A stretch of 64,000 nt of DNA from Clostridia bacterium (GTDB taxonomy: Bacteria > Bacillota > Clostridia > UBA1381), in assembly GCA_045544615.1 (NCBI GenBank), contig JAZPZI010000039.1, positions 29,046 to 93,045 of the forward strand, in the 5' to 3' direction. The notes under the pieces are model-generated. The model saw nothing but the letters and a program-made list of their open reading frames with translations, was not told the DNA's origin and ran no database searches. The position numbers were made by a program, and so were the translations under genes. Below are positions 38,936-47,653 of the stretch, piece after piece (positions within the stretch are counted from its first letter, which is position 1; each line of letters begins with the position of its first letter).

Positions 38936-39339
38936 AAAAGGAATCATTTTTTCAAATGCTGAAATTCACGCTGTTTTCTGCATCGGCAGGGATAATACAG
39001 GTTATAGCTTTTACAATTTTAAATGAACTGTTCCGTTGGAGGTATTGGCCTGCATATCTTGTGGCACTTGTTTTGTCCATAGTCTGGAGCTTTACATTTA
39101 ACAGGCGATATACCTTTAAGTCTGCGGCAAATGTTCCTGTCGCAATGGCTAAGTTATTCGGGTTTTATGCGGTATTTACTCCATTGTCAACCTGGCTTGG
39201 ACATCTGGCAGAAACGGCCGGGATTAACGATTACATAATTCTTATAATAACGATGCTTTCAAACTTTGTACTTGAATTCCTGTTTTCTAAATTTGTAATA
39301 TACAAAAATCAGGAAAACACACGCAGGGAAAAAGAGTAA
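38932..39339 (+). CDS. GtrA family membrane protein
   Basis: 135 aa, 4 TM segments. FLKFTLFSASAGIIQ... and WSFTFNRRYTFKS are typical of GtrA-like proteins. Confidence 0.85.
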   Translation: MKKESFFQMLKFTLFSASAGIIQVIAFTILNELFRWRYWPAYLVALVLSIVWSFTFNRRYTFKSAANVPVAMAKLFGFYAVFTPLSTWLGHLAETAGINDYIILIITMLSNFVLEFLFSKFVIYKNQENTRREKE

Positions 39340-39376
39340 TAGGAACAGATTTATTTGGTTTATACTCGAAGGGAAG

Positions 39377-39916
39377 ATGTTTATGGATATTATAAAAATT
39401 GTAGCTCAGGGGTTTGGAATATTAGGCCTGATATTTTCGGTGCTGTCCTATCAGGAAAAGCGAAATAACAGGTTCTTTATTAAGCAGGGCTTAGCGGGAC
39501 TGATGTTCTTTATAAACTTTTTGATGATTGGTGCAATCTCTGCAGCATTATTTAACCTGACAAACCTGGTCAGAGGCACGCTTTTTTCGAATAAGGAAAA
39601 GAAGCTATGGAGGCTGATTACCGTTGTAAGTCTTTACACAATCTGTCTTGCGATTTCTCTTTATTCGATTATCGACAATCCGTTTCAGATATTCCTTTCG
39701 GTGCTTACATATTCAACACTTGAAATGATGACCGTTCTTATGTGGAAAGGCAACGGAAAGCATATTAGATACGGGCAGTTCTTCGTTTCGTCACCATCGT
39801 GGATAGTTCATAACATATTCAATTTCTCGCTGGGCGGAATTCTGTGTGAGGTATTTATGATGATGTCTGTGATTGTATCATTTATAAGATTTGGCAAGGA
39901 CGGGTTCGAAAAATAA
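39377..39916 (+). CDS. YgjV-like inner membrane protein
   Basis: 179 aa, 5-6 TM segments. The N-terminal pattern (IVAQGFGILGLIFSVLSYQEKRNNRF) resembles the YgjV family. An alternative ATG lies at 39383. Confidence 0.55.
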   Translation: MFMDIIKIVAQGFGILGLIFSVLSYQEKRNNRFFIKQGLAGLMFFINFLMIGAISAALFNLTNLVRGTLFSNKEKKLWRLITVVSLYTICLAISLYSIIDNPFQIFLSVLTYSTLEMMTVLMWKGNGKHIRYGQFFVSSPSWIVHNIFNFSLGGILCEVFMMMSVIVSFIRFGKDGFEK

Positions 39917-39952
39917 TCTTCACCCGATTAAGATAAAAAGGAGTAATATATT

Positions 39953-40297
39953 ATGTATAAAACAAAAGAACAGTTAAAAAAAGAGGTAAAAACCAACAAT
40001 GAGGGAAAGGAAAAAATGTTCCTGACCGGGCTTGCGGATTTTGACAAGAAGAATCCGAAAATCAAGCTCTTTGCGCATGTTGAGCTAAAACCGGGTGAGG
40101 AAGTGTCATATCATATGCACGTGGGTGAGGCGGAGACCTACTACATTCTCTCGGGGCATGGCGAGTATAACGATAACGGCACCAAGATGGAAATCTTCCC
40201 GGGTACTGTTACATACACACCGTCAAAGACAGGTCACGCCATCAAAAACACAGGCAGTGAAATGCTTGAGTTTATCGCACTTATTCTGTTTGATTGA
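39953..40297 (+). CDS. Cupin domain protein
   Basis: 114 aa with YHMHVGEAETYYILSGHG and GHAIKNTG cupin motifs. Confidence 0.8.
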   Translation: MYKTKEQLKKEVKTNNEGKEKMFLTGLADFDKKNPKIKLFAHVELKPGEEVSYHMHVGEAETYYILSGHGEYNDNGTKMEIFPGTVTYTPSKTGHAIKNTGSEMLEFIALILFD

Positions 40298-40316
40298 GAT
40301 TTAAGGAGATTTACCA

Positions 40317-40817
40317 ATGAAGAGAGTTGCAAAGTTTGAAAAGGTATCTGCCGAGCGGTTTTCGGCGGATTACATGGACTGTTTCGGAGAGTTATCAGGC
40401 GAGGTATATGATAACATCACCCTTCCCAAAAGAGCGACATCAGGCTCGGCTGGCTATGATTTCTTCACAACCCACGATGTGACACTTGCACCGGGTGAGT
40501 CGGCAAAAATCCCGACAGGTGTAAGAGTAAAAATCGACGAGGGCTGGGTTTTATCGCTATACCCAAGAAGCGGACTTGGTTTTAAGTTCAGGTTACAGCT
40601 TGCCAATACCGTCGGAATCATCGACAGCGACTATTATTATTCTGACAACGAAGGGCACATATTTATCAAGATAACAAACGATTCAAAAGACGGAAAAACT
40701 GTATCGCTAAAGGCGGGCGATGCCTTTTGCCAGGGAATCTTCACCGAATACGGAATAACGGTGGATGATGAGGCAACCGAGACCCGAAACGGCGGATTCG
40801 GCAGTACATCAAAATAG
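40317..40817 (+). CDS. dut: dUTP diphosphatase (trimeric dUTPase family) with an N-terminal extension
   Basis: SAGYDFF, GIIDSDYY and RNGGFGSTSK motifs. Confidence 0.8.
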   Translation: MKRVAKFEKVSAERFSADYMDCFGELSGEVYDNITLPKRATSGSAGYDFFTTHDVTLAPGESAKIPTGVRVKIDEGWVLSLYPRSGLGFKFRLQLANTVGIIDSDYYYSDNEGHIFIKITNDSKDGKTVSLKAGDAFCQGIFTEYGITVDDEATETRNGGFGSTSK

Positions 40818-40876
40818 AAAAAGCGGCTTGATTTTTCAAAAAGGGGAAATCGGGCCGTATTTTTTTGCTTTTTCGG

Positions 40877-40905
40877 TTGCAAAATCAGCGCTTGAGTGAT
40901 ATAAT
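40877..40905 (+). promoter_or_regulatory. Sigma-A type promoter upstream of pgeF
   Basis: TTGCAA (40877-40882), 17 nt spacer, TGaTATAAT (TATAAT at 40900-40905). Confidence 0.55.
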
Positions 40906-40939
40906 TATTCTGTATAAGAATGTTAAAATGGAGGAGAAT

Positions 40940-41737
40940 ATGTTTCGCCTTATTGAAAAAGATTCGCTCAAGTACTATAAGATAGATTCATTTGAGGAAA
41001 CAGGACTTGTAACCCATTGCTTTACAACAAGGCTGGGTGGTGTGAGCCGGGGTGAGTTTTCGAGTATGAATTTTCGCACAAACTGTGCCGACACAAAAGA
41101 GAATGTTTTGAAAAACTATGAGATAATCGCAACCGAGCTTGGTGTCGGGATCGATTCACTTGTCCTCTCAAAGCAGATTCACGAGGTGAGAGTTGAGAAG
41201 GTGGGTCTTGGAGAGTGCGGTAACGGAATAATAAGGGAAAATATCTTCGATAGTGCCGACGCACTCATTACGAATGAGCCGGGCGTGGTGCTTGTTACAT
41301 CATTTGCCGATTGTGTGCCTGTATTTTTTTTAGACCCGAAAAAGAAGGTGGTAGCACTTGCTCACTCGGGCTGGAAGGGAACTGTTAAAAACATCTCGGC
41401 AAAGGTTATTGAAAAGTTCAGGGAATACGGCTCCGAGCCCTCCGATATTCTTGCTGCAATCGGGCCATCGATTGGCGAGTGTTGCTTTGAGGTTGGCGAC
41501 GATGTTGCCGATATATTCATCTCTGAATACGGCGAAAAATATGCGAAAAAATATGGCGAAAGGTTTCATGTAAATCTGCAGTCGGTGGTATACGACCAGC
41601 TGATTGCAGGTGGAGTAAAAGCGGAGAAGATAACTCTTGCAGGGATATGCACTGCCTGCAACAGTGACCTTTTATTCTCGCACCGGAAGACTAACGGACG
41701 GCGTGGAAACCTTGCGGCATTTCTGGGATTAAAGTGA
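40940..41737 (+). CDS. pgeF: Peptidoglycan editing factor PgeF / YfiH (DUF152 laccase-domain) family protein
   Basis: TTRLGGVS, HSGWKGT and CTACNSDLLFSHR motifs. ATG at 40940 follows ggagg. Confidence 0.85.
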   Translation: MFRLIEKDSLKYYKIDSFEETGLVTHCFTTRLGGVSRGEFSSMNFRTNCADTKENVLKNYEIIATELGVGIDSLVLSKQIHEVRVEKVGLGECGNGIIRENIFDSADALITNEPGVVLVTSFADCVPVFFLDPKKKVVALAHSGWKGTVKNISAKVIEKFREYGSEPSDILAAIGPSIGECCFEVGDDVADIFISEYGEKYAKKYGERFHVNLQSVVYDQLIAGGVKAEKITLAGICTACNSDLLFSHRKTNGRRGNLAAFLGLK

Positions 41738-41758
41738 TATACAGAAGGGAAAAGGAAA

Positions 41759-43336
41759 ATGATTAAAAAATCGGGACTTTTGTCCCTGTGTCTGTCCTTT
41801 TTGATGATACTGTCTGCCTGCGGCGGAGAAACCGTCGGGGAGGACGGGAACGTCAGCAAGCTGAAGGACGGTGACCTGATAGTAAGAGAAAATGTGAATA
41901 AGATAAATATAGCAGCAGGCTCGTTTGATACCTTCAACCCGATTATGACAAAGTCACCGTCGGTTGCAGAGTTTATGAAATCGGTATGTGAGCCACTGTT
42001 TGAATATGATGAGGCATATAACCCTGTCGGGGTGCTGGCTACAAACTATGCAGTATCTGCAAACGGAATGACTGTGTCGTTTGATGTTGCAAGTGTTGCA
42101 TTCCACGACGGTACACCGCTCACACCTGCCGATGTTGTATATACCGTCAATATGATAAAGGAAAACGACACCCTCTACAGCGATTCGGTGAAGTATATAA
42201 AGGAAATTTATGCCGATGCAAACGGCAAGGTATATATCAGGCTTACAAACCCTGTTGTAAACTTCGCAGGGATGCTCAATTTCCCCGTTGTAAAGCGTGG
42301 CACACCAAACATAGTTGATGCAAACTATATTCCTGTCGGAACGGGTGCGTTTGAGTATTTCGGCAAGGAGACCTCAAACCAGGTAACCTTTACCGAGAAT
42401 ACCGAATGGCACGGCGGAAGTACGGGCTATAAAAGGGTTATTGTAAATATCTTAAAGGACAGCAATACCGTAATCCACGCTTTTGATGCGGGTGCGGTTG
42501 ATATACTGCCAAGCGAGCTTTTCAAGGGTGATGACATAACACCGAGAGGCGAGTTTGTGCAGAATGATTACACCACAAACGCCCTGACATTTCTGGGCAT
42601 AAACAACACATCGAATAAGCTCTCGGGCAAGTCGACCAGACAGGCACTTGAGATGCTTGTTGACAGGGAAAAGATTGTTTCGGTTGAACTTTATTCAAAG
42701 GGCACTCCTGCGAAATTCCCGATAAATCCGTCAGCCTGGTTCTATCCGCAGATTACAGAGGGCGAGCGTGACTATGAGGCGGCAAGAAAGCTTCTAAAAA
42801 CTGACGGTTGGGAACAAAGAGGCGATGGATTTTATAAGAGCATAGACGGCGTGGAAATCCAGCTCAGCCTCAGAATTCTCGTAAATAAGGCAAGCGATGA
42901 AAAGGTAAGAATTGCACAGAATATCGCATCGGCATTTTCGAGTTTTGGTATCCCGACAACACTTCGTGAGATGGACTTTGACGGGTACAAGGTAAACGTT
43001 TCTGATAAAAGCTATGACCTCTTTATAGGCGAGGTTATAAACGATAAGAGTATGGACCCGTCATTTTTAACCGCATCAGGCGGGAACTACTTCGGGTATG
43101 CAAACGCCGAGCTGGATGAGGTTTTAAAGACTATGGCGTGCACAGCGGACGGAAACCAGATTTTAGAGCTATCAAAGCGCTACGGTGAGATTTTTGCTCT
43201 GGATATGCCGTTTGTTCCGCTATTTTTCAGAAAAGAAAATGTAATCTACAGTAAAAATATTTCGGGAATCTGTATGCCGACCTGCTACAGAGTTTACCGT
43301 GACCTTGATAAATGGTACGCATCACAGACCAAATAG
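41759..43336 (+). CDS. ABC transporter substrate-binding lipoprotein (family 5, peptide/nickel type), orphan
   Basis: Lipobox LSACGG. 525 aa with SBP_bac_5-like organisation. No permease or ATPase genes are in the window. Confidence 0.8.
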   Translation: MIKKSGLLSLCLSFLMILSACGGETVGEDGNVSKLKDGDLIVRENVNKINIAAGSFDTFNPIMTKSPSVAEFMKSVCEPLFEYDEAYNPVGVLATNYAVSANGMTVSFDVASVAFHDGTPLTPADVVYTVNMIKENDTLYSDSVKYIKEIYADANGKVYIRLTNPVVNFAGMLNFPVVKRGTPNIVDANYIPVGTGAFEYFGKETSNQVTFTENTEWHGGSTGYKRVIVNILKDSNTVIHAFDAGAVDILPSELFKGDDITPRGEFVQNDYTTNALTFLGINNTSNKLSGKSTRQALEMLVDREKIVSVELYSKGTPAKFPINPSAWFYPQITEGERDYEAARKLLKTDGWEQRGDGFYKSIDGVEIQLSLRILVNKASDEKVRIAQNIASAFSSFGIPTTLREMDFDGYKVNVSDKSYDLFIGEVINDKSMDPSFLTASGGNYFGYANAELDEVLKTMACTADGNQILELSKRYGEIFALDMPFVPLFFRKENVIYSKNISGICMPTCYRVYRDLDKWYASQTK

Positions 43337-43352
43337 GAAGGATTTGAGTGAT

Positions 43353-44207
43353 TTGCCAAGAGATATCATACTGACAATCAAAGAAAATATGGATAACTTC
43401 AGCAAGAGGCAGAAGCTGATTGCCGACTATATCCTTGAGAATTTTGATAAGGCGGCGTATATGACCGCATCCCGACTCGGTGAAGAAATCGGCGTGAGTG
43501 AGTCGACGGTTGTGCGATTTTCCTATGAGCTCGGCTTTGACGGATACCCAAAGTTCCAGAAAAGCCTTCGTGAGCATACAATAAAAAAATCCACCGCCAT
43601 ACAGAGAATGGAGATTGCATCAAGAAGAATAGGTGAAAAAAGTATTCTTGAGAGTGTATTGAAGTCGGATATTGCAAATATCACACGAACACTCGAAGAA
43701 ATTGACGCCGAGCAGTTCGACGGTGCGATAGACGCACTTTTGTCGGCAAAAAAGATTTATATAATGGGTGTGAGAAGTGCATCGGCACTCTCGTCATTTG
43801 CGGGTGCATACCTGAATATTTTGTTCGAGAATACCCACATAATCCGCTCGAATGCTGCAGCAGATATATTCGAGCAACTGCTACATGTAAAAGAGGGCGA
43901 TGTTGTGCTTGGTATGAGCTTCCCGAGATATTCCAAAAACACAAAAAATGCTATGGAATACGCAAAAAAGAGAGGTGCGACGGTAATCGGTATTACCGAT
44001 AATGTCAACTCACCGGTTGTTGAATGCTCCGACTTTTGCCTGATTGCAAGAAGCGATGCCGAATCATTTGCAGACTCGCTTGTAGCACCGATGAGTGTAA
44101 TAAATGCGCTCATTGTGGGACTCGGTATGAAAAAGCAAAACGAAGTAAGAGCGGTATTTGAAAAGCTTGAAGATATCTGGGATGAAAACGAGGTATATAA
44201 CAAATAA
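43353..44207 (+). CDS. MurR/RpiR family transcriptional regulator (HTH_6 plus SIS domain)
   Basis: RQKLIADYILENF..SRLGEEIGVSESTVVRF HTH and SIS motif IYIMGVRSASAL. The start is uncertain: TTG at 43353 after aggaagga, or ATG at 43389. Confidence 0.8.
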   Translation: MPRDIILTIKENMDNFSKRQKLIADYILENFDKAAYMTASRLGEEIGVSESTVVRFSYELGFDGYPKFQKSLREHTIKKSTAIQRMEIASRRIGEKSILESVLKSDIANITRTLEEIDAEQFDGAIDALLSAKKIYIMGVRSASALSSFAGAYLNILFENTHIIRSNAAADIFEQLLHVKEGDVVLGMSFPRYSKNTKNAMEYAKKRGATVIGITDNVNSPVVECSDFCLIARSDAESFADSLVAPMSVINALIVGLGMKKQNEVRAVFEKLEDIWDENEVYNK

Positions 44208-45433
44208 TGCAGGATAAAACAGTTGTTATAATCGGTGGCGGCCCTGCCGGTATGATGGCGTCAGCAAAGGCAGCCGAGAATGCCGATAAGGTGGTACTGA
44301 TTGAGAAAAATCCTTTTCTGGGCAAGAAGCTCCGCATCACCGGCAAAGGCAGATGTAACATAACAAACAGCGCACCGATTGAGGACTTTTTCGAGAATGT
44401 CCCGACAAACGGTAAGTTTTTATACAGTGCTTTCTATAGCTTCACAAACGAGGATGCTATAAAGATGTTTGAAGGTCTTGGCGTAAAGACCAAAACCGAG
44501 CGTGGCGGCAGAGTTTTCCCCGAATCCGATTCGGCGAAGGATGTTGCCGAGGCGATGAAGAAAAATGCACTAAAGCCGAACGTCAAGCTGATTAAGGCAG
44601 AGGTGAAAAAGATACTCCAGGAGGATGGAAAGGTCACAGGTGTCAAGACCGAAAAGGGAACAATAAAAGCCGATAGCGTGATTCTGGCAACCGGCGGAAA
44701 GTCATATCCCTTAACCGGCTCGGACGGCTCGGGCTATGCACTCGCATCAGATTTAGGACATACAATAGTTGAGCCCAAGCCATCACTTATCCCGATTACA
44801 ACGGTGGAGAAATGGCCAAAAGAGGTTATGGGATTAACACTAAAAAACGTACGTTTGACCGTTTATAATAAAAAAGGCAAGGACATCTATTCCGATTTTG
44901 GCGAGATGGTTTTCACACATTTCGGAATAAGCGGACCGATTGTTTTGTCGGCATCGGCGCATATGCGAAATATAAAGACCGAGAATTATTCGGTAAAGAT
45001 AGACTTAAAACCGGCACTGGATAGCCAGCAGCTTGACAAGCGAATCTGCCGGGATTTTGAGAAATATTCAAGAAAACAGCTCTCGAATGCCTTGGACGAA
45101 CTCCTGCCAAAGGCACTGATACCGATAGTAATTGCACAGTCCGGTATTGCAAAGGACCGACCCGTGAATTCTATAACCAAAGAGGAACGACAGGCGATTG
45201 TGTCGGTATTAAAGGGGCTCGAGCTGACAGTTTCGGGGTTCCGACCAATCGATGAGGCAATCATAACCTCGGGTGGCATCAAAACCTCCGAGATAAACCC
45301 ATCAACGATGGAGTCAAAACTAGTAAGCAATCTGTTTTTTGCAGGTGAGGTAATAGACGTTGACGCCTATACGGGCGGTTTTAATCTACAGATAGCATTC
45401 TCAACCGGCTATTTGGCAGGCGAGAACGCCTGA
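44207..45433 (+). CDS. NAD(P)/FAD-dependent oxidoreductase (HI0933/BaiN-like flavoprotein)
   Basis: VVIIGGGPAGMMAS dinucleotide fold and C-terminal FAGEVIDVDAYTGGFNLQ. Confidence 0.85.
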   Translation: MQDKTVVIIGGGPAGMMASAKAAENADKVVLIEKNPFLGKKLRITGKGRCNITNSAPIEDFFENVPTNGKFLYSAFYSFTNEDAIKMFEGLGVKTKTERGGRVFPESDSAKDVAEAMKKNALKPNVKLIKAEVKKILQEDGKVTGVKTEKGTIKADSVILATGGKSYPLTGSDGSGYALASDLGHTIVEPKPSLIPITTVEKWPKEVMGLTLKNVRLTVYNKKGKDIYSDFGEMVFTHFGISGPIVLSASAHMRNIKTENYSVKIDLKPALDSQQLDKRICRDFEKYSRKQLSNALDELLPKALIPIVIAQSGIAKDRPVNSITKEERQAIVSVLKGLELTVSGFRPIDEAIITSGGIKTSEINPSTMESKLVSNLFFAGEVIDVDAYTGGFNLQIAFSTGYLAGENA

Positions 45434-45454
45434 AATTTGTCCGACTTGTCACTT

Positions 45455-45675
45455 TTTCACTTCGGGGCAGTACCTTCGTACGGCTCCCTCGTTCAAAGTA
45501 ACAATTCGAACAAATTTCCCACGAACTGGGGGTGCCCGTCGCACAGCACCTTCACTTAAAACGGCAATCTGAACAAATTTCCCACGAACCGGGAAGGTGG
45601 CGTGGAACAATACCACTCGTTTAAAATGGCAAATGTTGGCGAAAAAAGAGCCTTCCCCTTGAGGGGAAGATGGGT
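45455..45675 (+). repeat. D-family intergenic repeat block (GTAC hairpin plus 2-3 degenerate tandem units of about 63 nt)
   Basis: gaacaaatttcccacgaac occurs at 45508-45526 and 45571-45589. The head ggggcagtaccttcgtacgg is shared with 53886-53905. Confidence 0.6.
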
Positions 45676-45791
45676 TGCGAAGCACCTCGGATGAAGTGGA
45701 AAAGAATTACGATTGCTATGCAGTCTACACCTCACCACCGCTTACGGCGGAGCCTCTCCTCAAGGCGAAGCCTTTGAAAGGAAATGCAAAA

Positions 45792-46073
45792 ATGAAAAAG
45801 AAATTATTAAACATAATTCCATACATACTTGGATTAACATATTTGGCATATTGCTTACTTAATGTTGATGCTTGGGTAAAAAGTCATACCGAAGAATATT
45901 TGTTCTTTGTTATTTTTGCATGGCTTGTCGCTGTGACTCTTGCAGTAGTTTTTGTTGTATTAAGACTGACAAAAAAACAAAATTTAAAAATGTATTTACC
46001 ACTTTTCTTTTTTGTTATTGGATTGATAATTTATGTTGTTACACTAAATATTCCTTGTTGTACAGGTGGTTAA
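45792..46073 (+). CDS. Hypothetical small membrane protein (3 TM, C-terminal CCTGG)
   Basis: ATG at 45792 follows aaagga. The upstream part of the ORF-track ORF lies in repeat DNA. Confidence 0.45.
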   Translation: MKKKLLNIIPYILGLTYLAYCLLNVDAWVKSHTEEYLFFVIFAWLVAVTLAVVFVVLRLTKKQNLKMYLPLFFFVIGLIIYVVTLNIPCCTGG

Positions 46074-46185
46074 TGGTTTTTAGTTTTAACTTTTAACTTA
46101 ACACTAACTATCGCTAAAAAGTTTGGCATCTAGATTATACAGTCTTTATATAATCGATTTAATAATTCTAATGAGGTGAAATTAA

Positions 46186-47229
46186 ATGCTTGAAAAGTTA
46201 TTACAGGAAAGAAACCTTCCTCCTCTAAAGTCAAGGGAGGAGATGCTGGATATTTTGCTAAAAGAAGAATATGGCTATATGCCTCCAAAACCTGAAGGCA
46301 TAACTTATCAGTCGATAGAAAACTACATTCCCAATTTTTGTGCAGGAAAGGCAATTTCGAGAAAAGTGGAAATAACTTCACAGTTTTCAGGTAAAGAGTT
46401 CACATTTCCACTTTATGTTACAATCCCAAAGAAAGAGGGAAAGCATCCGTTTTTTGTATGCGTAAACTTTCGCGACTGTGTTCCTGACCGGTATATTCCT
46501 GTTGAAGAAATCATTGATAACGGTTTTGCGGTGCTTTCATTCTGTTTTAACGACGTTACCAGCGATGACAATGATTTTACCAACGGTCTTGCAGGAGTTC
46601 TGTATGAAAATGGAGAAAGAGGCGAAAGTGATCCCGGCAAAATTGCTATGTGGGCATGGGCAGCTCACCGAGCTATGGATTATGCACAAACTCTGGATTG
46701 CCTTGATTTTGAGTGTAGCATTGTGTGTGGACATTCACGTCTTGGAAAAACGGCACTTTTAACGGCAGCGACAGATGAACGATTTAAGTATGCGTATTCT
46801 AATAATTCCGGTTGCAGCGGTGCGGCAATCTCCAGAGGTAAAGTCGGCGAAAGTATTGAAGATATCTGCAAGAAATTTCCGTATTGGTTCTGTGAGAATT
46901 ACAAAAAATATGTAAACAATGAATATAATATGCCATTTGACCAGCATTATTTAGTAGCTTCAATTTCACCAAGATATGTATACATAGCAAGTGCTGATGA
47001 GGATAAATGGGCAGACCCTGATTCCGAGATGTTAACCTGCTATGCAGTAAACGAAATATACGAAAAAAATGGGAAAAAAGGTTTTATCTCTGAGGATAGA
47101 CTACCACAAGTGAATGATGTGTTCCATGATGGTTTTGTAGGATACCATTTGAGGGCAGGTTTGCATTACTTTAGCCGAGAAGACTGGTTAAAATTTATTG
47201 AGTTTGTAAAAAAACACAGTTGCATCTAA
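46186..47229 (+). CDS. Alpha/beta hydrolase resembling CE15 glucuronoyl esterases
   Basis: GHSRLGKTAL resembles the CE15 G-C-S-R-x-G nucleophile motif. 347 aa with no signal peptide. Confidence 0.5.
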   Translation: MLEKLLQERNLPPLKSREEMLDILLKEEYGYMPPKPEGITYQSIENYIPNFCAGKAISRKVEITSQFSGKEFTFPLYVTIPKKEGKHPFFVCVNFRDCVPDRYIPVEEIIDNGFAVLSFCFNDVTSDDNDFTNGLAGVLYENGERGESDPGKIAMWAWAAHRAMDYAQTLDCLDFECSIVCGHSRLGKTALLTAATDERFKYAYSNNSGCSGAAISRGKVGESIEDICKKFPYWFCENYKKYVNNEYNMPFDQHYLVASISPRYVYIASADEDKWADPDSEMLTCYAVNEIYEKNGKKGFISEDRLPQVNDVFHDGFVGYHLRAGLHYFSREDWLKFIEFVKKHSCI

Positions 47230-47274
47230 ACCTTATGACCATATAACCAAACAACAATGAAAGGAAGAAAATAT

Positions 47275-47631
47275 ATGAGAGCAATCAGAGGAGCAATAAC
47301 AGTCGAGAACAACAATGCAGACGAGATTTTAGCTGCGACAAAGGAACTCATGGAGGAGATTTTCAAGTTAAATCCCGAGGCGACAAAGGATATGGTGAGT
47401 ATGATTTTCACACTCACGCCCGACCTTGATGCGGTATTCCCGGCAAGGGCAGCACGACTTATGGGTATAACAAATGTTCCGCTTATGTGTATGAGCGAAA
47501 TCCCGGTTGCCGGAGCACTCGAGAAATGCGTTCGTGCGCTTATCTATGTAAATACAGACCTTGGTCTTGATGATATTAACCATGTTTACTTAAAAGGTGC
47601 GGTTGCCTTGCGTCCCGACCTTGTGAAATAA
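47275..47631 (+). CDS. aroH: Chorismate mutase, AroH type
   Basis: MRAIRGAITVENN..EIL..T..L and VFPARAAR..CMSEI..GAL.KCVRALIYVNTD..HVYLKGAVALRPDL are collinear with B. subtilis AroH. Confidence 0.88.
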   Translation: MRAIRGAITVENNNADEILAATKELMEEIFKLNPEATKDMVSMIFTLTPDLDAVFPARAARLMGITNVPLMCMSEIPVAGALEKCVRALIYVNTDLGLDDINHVYLKGAVALRPDLVK

Positions 47632-47653
47632 TATACGGAAAAGAGGAAAGAAT

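Noticed and set aside
45455-45675. Possible CRISPR array (regularly spaced repeats), also at 53850-53995
   Set aside because: There are only 2-3 degenerate units. The regions between the exact 19-mers are themselves homologous, so they are not unique spacers. No cas genes are present, and the unit length and structure are unlike CRISPR repeats.
45449-45738. 78-aa and 60-aa minus-strand ORFs with an internally repeated peptide (PVRGKFV..EGAVRR)
   Set aside because: The repeat is the ~63 nt DNA tandem repeat read in one frame. The homologous block at 53.9 kb does not preserve the frame.
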